DNA from: Candidatus Hermodarchaeota archaeon
Lineage (GTDB): Archaea > Asgardarchaeota > Lokiarchaeia > Sigyniarchaeales > SOKP01
Length of the DNA stretch: 64,000 bases
Direction of reading: 5' to 3'
NCBI GenBank assembly: GCA_048885925.1
Contig: JBHLLG010000006.1
Coordinates: 23,030 to 87,029, forward strand
Shown here: positions 1 through 9,669 of the stretch, piece by piece
Layout of the letters: every line of letters begins with the position of its first letter
Position numbering within the stretch: the first letter of the stretch is position 1
The notes under the pieces: model-generated
The model's database searches: none
Seen by the model: the letters and a program-made list of their open reading frames with translations, nothing else
Told to the model about the DNA's origin: nothing
Translations under genes and position numbers: made by a program

Positions 1-660
1 ATATTTCCCAATGAGAGGGACAAAGCGCACACCTGTTATCTTTTTTGAATCAAAATTATCTCCAGATTTTTTAATAATGTACAAATTTTGCGTAAAGCTT
101 TTCGATCCTGCGGGAATACAAAGAATACCTCCATTTTTTAACTGATCTCGTAAGGGTAAAGGCAACTTTGTGGGTGAAGCAGCAGTTACTAATATTTTAT
201 CATAAGGAGCTTCTTCAGGATATCCTAAAGTACCATCCCCATGTATTACTGTAACACTGTTTTCATATCCTGTTACTTTAAGGCTCTCTCGTGCACTATT
301 TGCTAATTCCTCATGGCGTTCAATAGTAAAGACATGACCTGGATTCTCCGAATCTACTGGAGATACTAATTCTGCGCATAAAGCAGCATGATATCCTGAA
401 CCTGTTCCAATTTCTAAAACTTTTTCTCCTTCTTTCAATTCAAGATACTCACACATCATAGCATTCATGTGAGGGGCGCTGATCGTTTGTCCTAATCCAA
501 TAGAAAGAGGTGAATCCATATATGCACCTGATTTAGCATCGTCCGGTAAAAATTTATGTCTAGGAACCTTTAACATTGCCTTAATTACTTCTGGTTTAGT
601 TAATATCCCACGATCTTTTAGATTATCAACTAATCGCTTTCTTTTTTCTTCAAAAGTCAT
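1..660 (-). CDS. pcm: Protein-L-isoaspartate O-methyltransferase (3' end runs off window)
   Basis: Manual translation from ATG at 660: MTFEEKRKRLVDNL..VPRHKF..GQTISAPHM..VLEIGTGSGY..GDGTLGYPEEAPYDKI..VRFVPLIGKY. Not in the ORF track. Confidence 0.95.
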   Translation of the reverse strand, partial: MTFEEKRKRLVDNLKDRGILTKPEVIKAMLKVPRHKFLPDDAKSGAYMDSPLSIGLGQTISAPHMNAMMCEYLELKEGEKVLEIGTGSGYHAALCAELVSPVDSENPGHVFTIERHEELANSARESLKVTGYENSVTVIHGDGTLGYPEEAPYDKILVTAASPTKLPLPLRDQLKNGGILCIPAGSKSFTQNLYIIKKSGDNFDSKKITGVRFVPLIGKY

Positions 661-674
661 TTCTAATAATGAAT

Positions 675-1949
675 TCATAATGATTTATTTCTAGTAAATT
701 TTAATTTACTAAGGATATAAATTTTGTCGTTCTTTTCAACTTCCTTATTAATCCTTAAATTAATTTTAACTGGATCGCTATATCTCTTTCTAGAAATACT
801 TTTTATCTTCTCTCCTTTATAGATCATTTTTTTTATAGTTTCGATCAAATATGTATTGGGGCCAATAATAATTATTTCATCATGTAAATTAAGTGGAAAT
901 TCTAAGCTTTCAAGTAAAACATTTGCGGATTTGCTAGGTTTATCATAACTTAAAACTTTCCCTAAATAAGATTTTTTATATTGGGATACATTTCCTCTCT
1001 TTTTTAATTCGACATCCTCAATATTGGGGCGATGAAAGTAAAATCCAGTATGAAAACCACGATTATAAACCTTTGATAATCTTCTTAACCAATTTTTTAC
1101 TTTTTCTCTTGTATATGTACCATCAAAATAACTATCAAGTGCTTCCTTATAACATTCAGCAACAGTTCTAATATATAGTGGATCTTTCATTCGTCCCTCT
1201 ATTTTAAACGCATCTATTTTTACATCTATTAATTCGGGAATATATTCTATCATACACAAATCTTTTGCATTCAAAAACATTTGACCATTATAAATGAATT
1301 CATTATTCACATCGTCAATAACTCTCCACTCTCTTCTGCATGGTTGGACACAGTTTCCTCGGTTTGCTGAAAATTCTTCGGAATCACAAATGGTAGCAGA
1401 AAGATAACATCTGCCTGAAATTGAAGTGCACATTGACCCATGAACAAAACATTCAATTTTAATTTTTGTTAAAAGATGTTTAATCAGCTTAATCTGTTGA
1501 AGTGATAATTCCCTTGCTAATATAATCCTTTCTGCACCCATATCTTCATAAAATTTTGCAGATTCGATATTTGAGACATTAGCCTGTGTTGAAACGTGAA
1601 AGTCTATATTATATCGTTTTGCAATTCTAATTGCTGCAATATCATGAGCAATAATTGCATCAATCCCAGATTCTCTAGCTTCAGATATAAGATTTTCTAA
1701 ATCATGCAATTCGGAATCGTAAATTAAAATATTTGTGGTTAAGTAAGCTCTTAATGGTGGATTTTGATTATGACAATAATCCACTACTTGTTTCAACTCT
1801 CCCCGTTCAAAATTCTTTGCTTTTGCTCTCATGTTATAACTTTTAATACCAAAATACACAGCATCAGCCAAATGACCTATTGTTTTTAATGTATTCCAAT
1901 CTTGAATAGGAGCAAGGAGTTCTGGACGCTTGTTTTTTAATTGATTCAT
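675..1949 (-). CDS. Peptidase U32 family protein (TrhP/RlhA-like Fe-S RNA hydroxylation family)
   Basis: PELLAP, ADAVYFG, ECFVHGSMCxSxSGRC, NRGNCVQPCR and FKIEGRMK motifs. Confidence 0.9.
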   Translation of the reverse strand: MNQLKNKRPELLAPIQDWNTLKTIGHLADAVYFGIKSYNMRAKAKNFERGELKQVVDYCHNQNPPLRAYLTTNILIYDSELHDLENLISEARESGIDAIIAHDIAAIRIAKRYNIDFHVSTQANVSNIESAKFYEDMGAERIILARELSLQQIKLIKHLLTKIKIECFVHGSMCTSISGRCYLSATICDSEEFSANRGNCVQPCRREWRVIDDVNNEFIYNGQMFLNAKDLCMIEYIPELIDVKIDAFKIEGRMKDPLYIRTVAECYKEALDSYFDGTYTREKVKNWLRRLSKVYNRGFHTGFYFHRPNIEDVELKKRGNVSQYKKSYLGKVLSYDKPSKSANVLLESLEFPLNLHDEIIIIGPNTYLIETIKKMIYKGEKIKSISRKRYSDPVKINLRINKEVEKNDKIYILSKLKFTRNKSL

Positions 1950-2068
1950 GTATTTTTTAATTAATATTTATTATTATGAAAATCTAATTCTATCTAAGGA
2001 TTGTATCATTTTTAAAATTATTAAGATGAGAGAATTATATGACAATAGAAACAAAACTCCATTAGTTT

Positions 2069-3859
2069 TTGATCATCATGCCCGATTTAATCCAAGAGGA
2101 ATTAAAACGTATTAAATATTTTAGAAGAGAGGGTAAATATAGAAAAGCACTAGATGTTATTTCTTCCTTGGATAATATAGAAGATATTGCTAAGAAGGAT
2201 TGGTTTGATTATAAGAATATTGAGATTGATGTTCTAATAAGACTAAACCAGTTTGAAGATTCTTTCAAGTTGATAGAAGAGGTCTTTAATGAAAGTCAAA
2301 AACTGGGATTAACACTTTATTCTTTTGATGCCTTACATTATAAGAGTTATATTACATATTGGACGGGTAATTTAGAAGAAGCTCATAATTTGATTCTAAA
2401 ATCTGAAAAATTACTAAATTCATTGACAGATATAGCTCCTGTAGATTTTTCAGAACGTAAGGGTGTTTTACTATCTGATAAGGCTTATTTATTTTCACTT
2501 AAAGGAGAATTAAAAACCAGCTTAGAGTTTGCGGGCAAGTGTTTGGAAATTTATGAGGATATTGAAAACAAGGAAAAGATTTCTATGAGTTTGTATCAAT
2601 TATCATATATATGTAGTCATATGGGAGATTTTAATAATGCATTGAAATACGGGAGAGAGAGCTTAAAATATGGGGAATTGATTAAAGAAGAAAGGATTAA
2701 GATTTTAATCGAAATTGCAGATATTCACGGTTTTATGGGGGATTTGGAAAAAGGTATCGAACTTCTTGAGGAAGCTCTAGTACTAGCAAAGGATATGAAC
2801 ATAAGTCCTTGGATAGCGACTATTCTTTTACAATTAGGAATTCATTATCGAACAAAAGGGTTACCTAATAAAGCTATTGTGTCATTAGAGCAAAGCCTTC
2901 AAATTTCCAAAAAAACACAAATCCAAATTTTAATATTTGGGGCTTATATTTGGATGTCGATTATAAAAATTGAAGAGAATATCTTGGAAGATATTCCTAA
3001 GTACTTGGAACATCTCCAACAAATTGCTGAAGAAACCTCCAGTTTTAATTTCGATAAAGGATTTCGAGTTGCAAAAGCCCTTTATTTAAAGCGGAAGAAT
3101 TTACCTCATCAAAAGATTGAAGCTAAAAAATTATTGAAACAAATAACAAAAGAGAAAGTAACTAACGCACCAGTTCATATTATAGCGATTATCAACTTAT
3201 GTGAACTCCTCTTGGAGGAACTTAGTAAAACCAATGATATTGAAATATTAGAAGAAATAAAACCTCAACTCTACAGATTGATCAATATTGCTGAAAGCCA
3301 GAAATCTTATCCTTGGTTAGTAGAAACATATTTACTTCAGGCAAAATTATCTCTACTGACATTTAACGTGAAGGAAACACGACGATATTTGACTCAAGCT
3401 CAACAAGTAGCCGAAAGACATGGTCTTAATCTATTAGTGATAAAAATTACAGGTGAACAGGAAAATTTGTTAAAACAATTAAATATGTGGGAGAAATTAG
3501 AAGAATCAAATGCACCTTTAACTGACCGATTAGAATTGGCTCAATTAGGTGAACAAATGGAAAGAATGGTTAGTAATAGGACGATGTTAGCTAGAGTTAC
3601 TGAAATAGAAGTCACAGTTCATAAAGATCGGAAAGTTTGCCTTGTTTGCAAAGGAGAAATAGTAGGCTTTATGTATGTTTGTGAATGTGATACAATCTAT
3701 TGTGAAAATTGTACTCAGGCATTAACTGAATTAGAAAATATTTGTTGGGTGTGTAATGCTCCAATCGATAAATCTAAACCTGCAAAATCTTATAAAGACG
3801 ATGGAGAAGGAATCAGTTTAAAAATCTCGAGTAGAGATCCAAAAGAACCTAAAAACTGA
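2069..3859 (+). CDS. TPR-repeat protein with C-terminal C4C4 RING-like zinc finger
   Basis: Helical TPR-like repeats; C-terminal CLVC-x10-CEC-x4-CENC-x10-CWVC. Confidence 0.8.
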   Translation: MIIMPDLIQEELKRIKYFRREGKYRKALDVISSLDNIEDIAKKDWFDYKNIEIDVLIRLNQFEDSFKLIEEVFNESQKLGLTLYSFDALHYKSYITYWTGNLEEAHNLILKSEKLLNSLTDIAPVDFSERKGVLLSDKAYLFSLKGELKTSLEFAGKCLEIYEDIENKEKISMSLYQLSYICSHMGDFNNALKYGRESLKYGELIKEERIKILIEIADIHGFMGDLEKGIELLEEALVLAKDMNISPWIATILLQLGIHYRTKGLPNKAIVSLEQSLQISKKTQIQILIFGAYIWMSIIKIEENILEDIPKYLEHLQQIAEETSSFNFDKGFRVAKALYLKRKNLPHQKIEAKKLLKQITKEKVTNAPVHIIAIINLCELLLEELSKTNDIEILEEIKPQLYRLINIAESQKSYPWLVETYLLQAKLSLLTFNVKETRRYLTQAQQVAERHGLNLLVIKITGEQENLLKQLNMWEKLEESNAPLTDRLELAQLGEQMERMVSNRTMLARVTEIEVTVHKDRKVCLVCKGEIVGFMYVCECDTIYCENCTQALTELENICWVCNAPIDKSKPAKSYKDDGEGISLKISSRDPKEPKN

Positions 3860-4028
3860 GCTTAACTAAAATTTGTAGCACAAATTACTATTGCTTTAAA
3901 ATCGTATTCATTAAATAAAAAAAAGACTTGAAAAGCGCCAAATTTAATATCACCCTTAATCTTAGATAGATTAAAAGCATTAAAAGAATTATTGAAAATA
4001 AATTAATTATTGAAATTGGTATATAAAA

Positions 4029-4595
4029 ATGAAAGTCGTATTATTTAATGGAAGCCCCCGAAAAGAAGGAAACACTTTTCATTGTTTAAATGTTGTAATG
4101 GGGGAGTTAAAGGCTGAGGGAATTGAATGTGATTATGTTTGGATTGGAAAAGAAAGATTGCAAGGTTGCACTGCTTGTTTACAATGTAGAGATAATGATG
4201 ACCAAAGATGTACAATAGAAGGAGATAATATGAATTATTACATAGAAAAAATGTTAGAATCTGATGGAATAATCATTGGTTCTCCAACTTACTTTTCAGA
4301 TTTATCAACAAGTACCAAAGCATTGATAGAACGTGCTGGATATGCTACGGGAGGTCATTTAAAACATAAAGTTGGTGCTGCTGTAGTAGCAGTCAGGAGA
4401 GCTGGTGCCAATCATGTATTTTCTAGCATTAATTATTTCTTTCTGATTAAACAAATGTTTGTTGTAGGCTCTAGTTATTGGAATTTAGGTATTGGAAGAA
4501 CCCCAGGAGAAGTATTAAATGATGAAGAAGGTATTAAAACATTTGAAAATTTAGGGAAAAATTTCGCTTTTTTGCTAAAAAAACTAAAATCTTAA
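4029..4595 (+). CDS. Iron-sulfur flavoprotein / NADPH-dependent FMN reductase family
   Basis: NGSPRKEGNT, CxxCxxC-x7-C and GSPTYF motifs. Confidence 0.9.
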   Translation: MKVVLFNGSPRKEGNTFHCLNVVMGELKAEGIECDYVWIGKERLQGCTACLQCRDNDDQRCTIEGDNMNYYIEKMLESDGIIIGSPTYFSDLSTSTKALIERAGYATGGHLKHKVGAAVVAVRRAGANHVFSSINYFFLIKQMFVVGSSYWNLGIGRTPGEVLNDEEGIKTFENLGKNFAFLLKKLKS

Positions 4596-4641
4596 TACTT
4601 TTTTCTTTTTATAATAAGTAAAATCCAAGTTCAGAGTTAAA

Positions 4642-5817
4642 ATGGATACATTAGATTTAAATCAAGTAAATCGGTTTACTTTACAAAAAAACCATCTAAC
4701 AGAGGAAACAAAATGTGATGATCTAATTCAAATAACCGAAGATTTATGTGGTCTCCATTCAACCGGTCTTACAACTTCTTATTTATCTCTATTTGTAAGA
4801 ACTAATAACTTCAAAAAAGAACATTTGGAAAAAGAACTGTATATAAGTAAAACTCTTGGTAGAATTCGTGGAATGAGAAAAACATTATTTGTTCAAACAA
4901 AAAACATGATTCCAATTGTTTTCGCAGCAACTATTAGTCTAATTGAAAAAACTCTTGAAAAATATATGGAATATCATAAAATTTCATTAAAAGAATATCA
5001 AGAAATTTCAAATCAAATTATAAATCTATTAAAAGGAAGAGAATTATCTACTTCCGCCATGAAGAAAGAATTAAATTCAAAAAGATTAATTCCCGAAATT
5101 ATCCATTTGATGTGTAATTATGGTATTTTAATAAGAACTAAACCAATTAAGGATTGGAAGGATAGAAGGAATGAATACGCTCTTTTCAAGGATTATTTTC
5201 CAACCATCAATTTAGAAAAGGTCAATCAGAAGGAAGCAATTCAATATTTAATAAAAAAATATGTAAAAACATACGGACCTGTGTCAGAAAACGATATATC
5301 ATGGTGGACAGGCTTAACAAAATCAAAAATAAGAGATGCTATAAAGAATTTTGAAGATAGTCTTAAAAAAGTAAAAATTATATCATGTAAAGGAAATTTT
5401 CTAATGGATAATTCCGATATGAAAGAATTACAGAAACTTACTAATCTTGACAAACACACATTATCATTATTACCTGAACTCGATCCTTATCCAATGGGCT
5501 ATAAAGAGAGAGAACGATATATTGATATACACAATCATAATAAGATTTTCGATCGTTCTGGAAATATTGCTGCAACAATAATTTTAGATGGAATTGTAAT
5601 TGGAGTTTGGGATACTGAAAAAAAACCTAAACCTACTCTCAAATTTCATTTATTCAATCCAATTGAAAAAGATATACTTGATGAATTGTATTCTAAAGCA
5701 AATAAGATTGGAGAATTCTATTTTGATAAAAAAATAGAGATTAAGGAATGTCCATCAATGATTCCTTTAACAGAAAGGACTGCTGGAGGATTCATGTCTC
5801 CACTTAAAAATTGTTGA
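4642..5817 (+). CDS. AlkZ/YcaQ (HTH_42) family winged-helix DNA glycosylase
   Basis: GLHST catalytic-motif region, RGMRKTLF, YGPVSENDISWWTGL, LLPELDPYPMGYKER and DGIVIGVW. Confidence 0.8.
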   Translation: MDTLDLNQVNRFTLQKNHLTEETKCDDLIQITEDLCGLHSTGLTTSYLSLFVRTNNFKKEHLEKELYISKTLGRIRGMRKTLFVQTKNMIPIVFAATISLIEKTLEKYMEYHKISLKEYQEISNQIINLLKGRELSTSAMKKELNSKRLIPEIIHLMCNYGILIRTKPIKDWKDRRNEYALFKDYFPTINLEKVNQKEAIQYLIKKYVKTYGPVSENDISWWTGLTKSKIRDAIKNFEDSLKKVKIISCKGNFLMDNSDMKELQKLTNLDKHTLSLLPELDPYPMGYKERERYIDIHNHNKIFDRSGNIAATIILDGIVIGVWDTEKKPKPTLKFHLFNPIEKDILDELYSKANKIGEFYFDKKIEIKECPSMIPLTERTAGGFMSPLKNC

Positions 5818-5860
5818 AATCAATAATTTATATCATTTATCCACTATTTTTATAAGATTT

Positions 5861-6826
5861 TTAGGTTCTATAATAGGGTGATTTCGTTAATAGGAGATAT
5901 TGGATTAAAGGACTTGCTAAACGAGCAAGTGCTCTTCTCTTTGAGTAAAGCTTTCTTAATTTTTCCACATAATCCTCAAAATTTTTCTTTTGATAACGAA
6001 GGATCCTTTGAGATTCTTCAGTGTCAATCCAATCAGTATAAAACCAATCTGAATTATTTCTTGGAATTTTAAAGGCTGAATCTGGAGGCATAGAAACACC
6101 CATTACTTCAAACATTTTTTCAGCATATGTCCTTTGAAATATCTGGCAAGATTTTCCTCCGCCAATTAGCAATATTTTATCAGTAATATTCGTTGTAACT
6201 GCGTTTGCAAAAGCAGTAGCAGCATCTTTGACATAAATAATTTCAATTCTCTGGTCAAGAGGTACTTCATATATAATAGGATCTATAACTAGAGGAAATT
6301 TTAGAGAAGCAACTGCGCTTAAACGCAAAATTAACCAAGGAAGTCTACTTTCTTTTGTTAATCTTTCCATTTCTACTTTATGATGAGAATAATTATCTGT
6401 AGGGTTTAATGGTTCATCTACACATCTTGGAGGTTTACAATTCATTTTTGGTCCATAAACACTATAAGAACTAGCAATTATAAGTTTAGGTGGTTTTTTC
6501 TGCATTTGAGCAGCTTCAATTAGATTCTTAGTTCCTCTAACGTTTACTTTATACGCTAATTTGGGATTTCTTTCACTTAATGGAGGAATAATAGCAGCAA
6601 AATGGATAATACAATCTTGATTAATAACAACATTATTTACTACTTCAGGATTAGTTATATCTCCCCAAATAGTTTCAAAATGTGCTGTTTTAGATACTCG
6701 TTTTTCAGTTCTCTTGGTTCTAGAATTCTTTAGATCAAAACATCTAATTTCGTGATCTTCTTTAACTAGTTTCTTTAAAGTGCTTTCGCCTATATTACCA
6801 AAAGCTCCTGTTAAAAGGATTCGCAC
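5861..6826 (-). CDS. NAD-dependent epimerase/dehydratase (extended SDR)
   Basis: TGAFGNIG Rossmann motif, HFAA and YSHHK (YxxxK). Confidence 0.9.
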   Translation of the reverse strand: MRILLTGAFGNIGESTLKKLVKEDHEIRCFDLKNSRTKRTEKRVSKTAHFETIWGDITNPEVVNNVVINQDCIIHFAAIIPPLSERNPKLAYKVNVRGTKNLIEAAQMQKKPPKLIIASSYSVYGPKMNCKPPRCVDEPLNPTDNYSHHKVEMERLTKESRLPWLILRLSAVASLKFPLVIDPIIYEVPLDQRIEIIYVKDAATAFANAVTTNITDKILLIGGGKSCQIFQRTYAEKMFEVMGVSMPPDSAFKIPRNNSDWFYTDWIDTEESQRILRYQKKNFEDYVEKLRKLYSKRRALARLASPLIQYLLLTKSPYYRT

Positions 6827-7136
6827 AAAATTTATGATCCAATTTATCTATTTAAATTTTTTCTTAGAAACTCGTTTAAATAATTCGATTATTGCTTATT
6901 CTAATTAATAAATTCAAATTTAAAGAAAATTTTTTGATTTTTAATCAAAAAATTATTAGAATTGACCCAATTAACAACAATACTGAATTTATGATCTAAT
7001 TTAATCACTATTTATGTTGATACTGTAAATTTTTAGTACATAAATATCTTATAACATACAATTTTATAAGTTAGTATTTAGTAAATTATTAATAAAGAAC
7101 CGTATTATTCTATTTGTTATTCAAAAATATAAGGAT

Positions 7137-9440
7137 ATGTTCTTGAGGTTTAGAAAATCAAATTATACAAATCATATCATATTAATTTTTTTAATAATTT
7201 TATGTGCTTTTTTAATTTCAAATTCCTTTATTTCCTTTTCACATGCGCAGATTAATGGTGAAACTATTTCTATCTCTTCTAATTTGGAATTTTCTGAATA
7301 TTCAGAAATAGAAGGGGAAAAAGTAAATATGAGTTCTATTAATATTGAATTACCTGAATCAAATTGGACCATTACAGATATAAAAGTTAACATTTCGGAT
7401 ATAAAATTAGGCAGCGAAATTATAACAATTGAAGACAGCGAAACAACGTTTGAAATAGTATGGAATAAAAATGTCAATTTCAGAACGTTTGCATTGGCAA
7501 CGCAAATTGAGATTTTGGAAGTTACAGAGCTATTTGGAGTCTACATATATGCACGCAAATCAGTTCAAGCGACACAGACAATTAAATTCCAACTACAGGG
7601 ATTTGATGAGGGGAATAATAAACCTAATGGAATTATTCTTAGATCTATTGATTTGAATATATCTAATAATTTGGATTGGTATTATCAAGATTTTTCCTCA
7701 GATTCAATTGAACTTACAGTTGGAAATTATTCATTAGTTATGAACGGAACTAACTTGATTGCCAATCCAGATGCTACGTATAATTGGCAGAAGGATCACT
7801 TGGATCCTGATATTCGAAATCTACATACTTCCTCTTACATAACCTCATGGAATTCAGGTATTGTAAATACAAGCTTTTTATGTAAATTGAATCAAACTGT
7901 AGATCGGTATTACATTCCTTCAGATCTAAATATGTCAGCTGAATTTGATGGAAAAGATTACTCCATCCCAGATTCTGGATTGTTAGAAGTTGTCAATATA
8001 ACTTATCTTTCGGAGGAAACTAATATGTATATTCCTATTACAATAAATAAGTCTGTGAAATTAGATTTCAATTTCCAATATACTCTTAATTTAACAAATG
8101 AGTTCTTTACATTAAGCTCTGGGTATATTAAAGAATTTAATAATCAATGGTCTTTATCACCTTTATTTCATAGAATTTCACAAATTTACTTTGTAAAATT
8201 TCGATATCCAAGGAATTGGTACAATTTTACGGTAAACAGAAAAGTAGGTAGCACTTGGGAGAACGTTACCTCAATTATAGATATTGATTTGAACAATCGA
8301 ATAATCACATTTCCAAACAATACCTTAGTGGTCGGTTCTGATTGGAGGATTATTGCAAATTCTCCGAAAATTGAGTTTACTTTAAATTTTCCTATTGTTG
8401 AATGGGAGACTAAAGAAGATTTACAATTTTCTGTTATCTTACCTTTTGTGGATGGGACTCTTACATTCGATTTAATAAATCCAACAGGTTTTGGTTTTAA
8501 CGAGCCAATAGTAAAAGAAGTAATATCTCTAGAAACGTACTTCAATTATACAATCCCTGAAAATGCTTTACAAGGATTCTATATTGCATATATCTTTTGG
8601 AATAATGCAACAGATGCAGGGTTTAACTCGCAAGAGTTTGAGGTCATAAAACATAAAGAACCATTTAATCCAATTTGGATCTGGGTCGCTGTTTTTTCTA
8701 CAATTGGAGCTTCTGTGTTAATTTATTTTTCATATATCACTATAAAGAGATATAACATTAGACGTACAGAAAGGGCTGAGAAACTTAAAAACAAATGTAT
8801 GGATGCATTAAGTTTAGAACATATCATTGTTTCAGAGAAAAAGTCTGGATTAAATTTATATCAACAAAGGTTTGCAGAAAGAGAAATTGACGCTTCAATG
8901 ATTTCAGGATTTTTGCAAGCTATTCATTCTTTTGGAATAGAATTAATGAAAATTGAAGATAGATCTCAGACTATTAAACTGGAATATAAAGGTTCGATAA
9001 TTTTAATGTCTGAATTTGTTAATCTTCGATTAATTCTAGTTATGAAGGAAAGCCCTTCAAGAAACTTTCTTTATTCTGTAGAAGATTTAGCATTTGATAT
9101 TTATCGACAATATGGTAAAATAATTGATGAATTTAACGGAGATATTAAACCATATAGAGGTATTGAAGATCTTCTCAAAAGTCACTTATATACATCCTTT
9201 GTGTATCCTTTTGAAATAGCAAAAATTGATAAATTAGAAAAAATCAGGATTAGTCAGAGTGAACGATTGTTTATTAATAAAGCTGTATCTTTAATGAAGC
9301 AAAATAACAAAGATCATTTCTATATACGGTCATTTTTCCCTGAAAATACTTGTTCTCCTAAAGATATAGAAATAATTCAAGGTTTAATAAATAAAAAAAT
9401 ATTTCAGGTTCTTACTCCTAAATCTCAAAAATTTAAGTAG
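7137..9440 (+). CDS. Single-pass membrane protein: signal peptide, beta-rich ectodomain, TM helix, cytoplasmic longin-like domain (paralog 1)
   Basis: N-terminal hydrophobic segment, many N-x-S/T sequons, TM IWIWVAVFSTIGASVLIYFSYITI, then IIVSEKKSGLNLY..IDASMISGFLQAIHSFG. Confidence 0.75.
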   Translation: MFLRFRKSNYTNHIILIFLIILCAFLISNSFISFSHAQINGETISISSNLEFSEYSEIEGEKVNMSSINIELPESNWTITDIKVNISDIKLGSEIITIEDSETTFEIVWNKNVNFRTFALATQIEILEVTELFGVYIYARKSVQATQTIKFQLQGFDEGNNKPNGIILRSIDLNISNNLDWYYQDFSSDSIELTVGNYSLVMNGTNLIANPDATYNWQKDHLDPDIRNLHTSSYITSWNSGIVNTSFLCKLNQTVDRYYIPSDLNMSAEFDGKDYSIPDSGLLEVVNITYLSEETNMYIPITINKSVKLDFNFQYTLNLTNEFFTLSSGYIKEFNNQWSLSPLFHRISQIYFVKFRYPRNWYNFTVNRKVGSTWENVTSIIDIDLNNRIITFPNNTLVVGSDWRIIANSPKIEFTLNFPIVEWETKEDLQFSVILPFVDGTLTFDLINPTGFGFNEPIVKEVISLETYFNYTIPENALQGFYIAYIFWNNATDAGFNSQEFEVIKHKEPFNPIWIWVAVFSTIGASVLIYFSYITIKRYNIRRTERAEKLKNKCMDALSLEHIIVSEKKSGLNLYQQRFAEREIDASMISGFLQAIHSFGIELMKIEDRSQTIKLEYKGSIILMSEFVNLRLILVMKESPSRNFLYSVEDLAFDIYRQYGKIIDEFNGDIKPYRGIEDLLKSHLYTSFVYPFEIAKIDKLEKIRISQSERLFINKAVSLMKQNNKDHFYIRSFFPENTCSPKDIEIIQGLINKKIFQVLTPKSQKFK

Positions 9441-9669
9441 GTAATAGTTATTGCTTCAATATTTTCCATTTTAGAATCATGATATCTACTAATGATAATT
9501 TTTAACTATAACCAAGAAAATTAAGTTATTTTTTTTATCAAAAATTTCATAATCAATATGATTTAAATAATAAAGTAATGAATTAAGATTTAAATAACTG
9601 AATTATGATTAAGTTATTAATTATAATTATGAAAATAAAATATTTAGCAATCTCGTTAGGGGGATTTAT

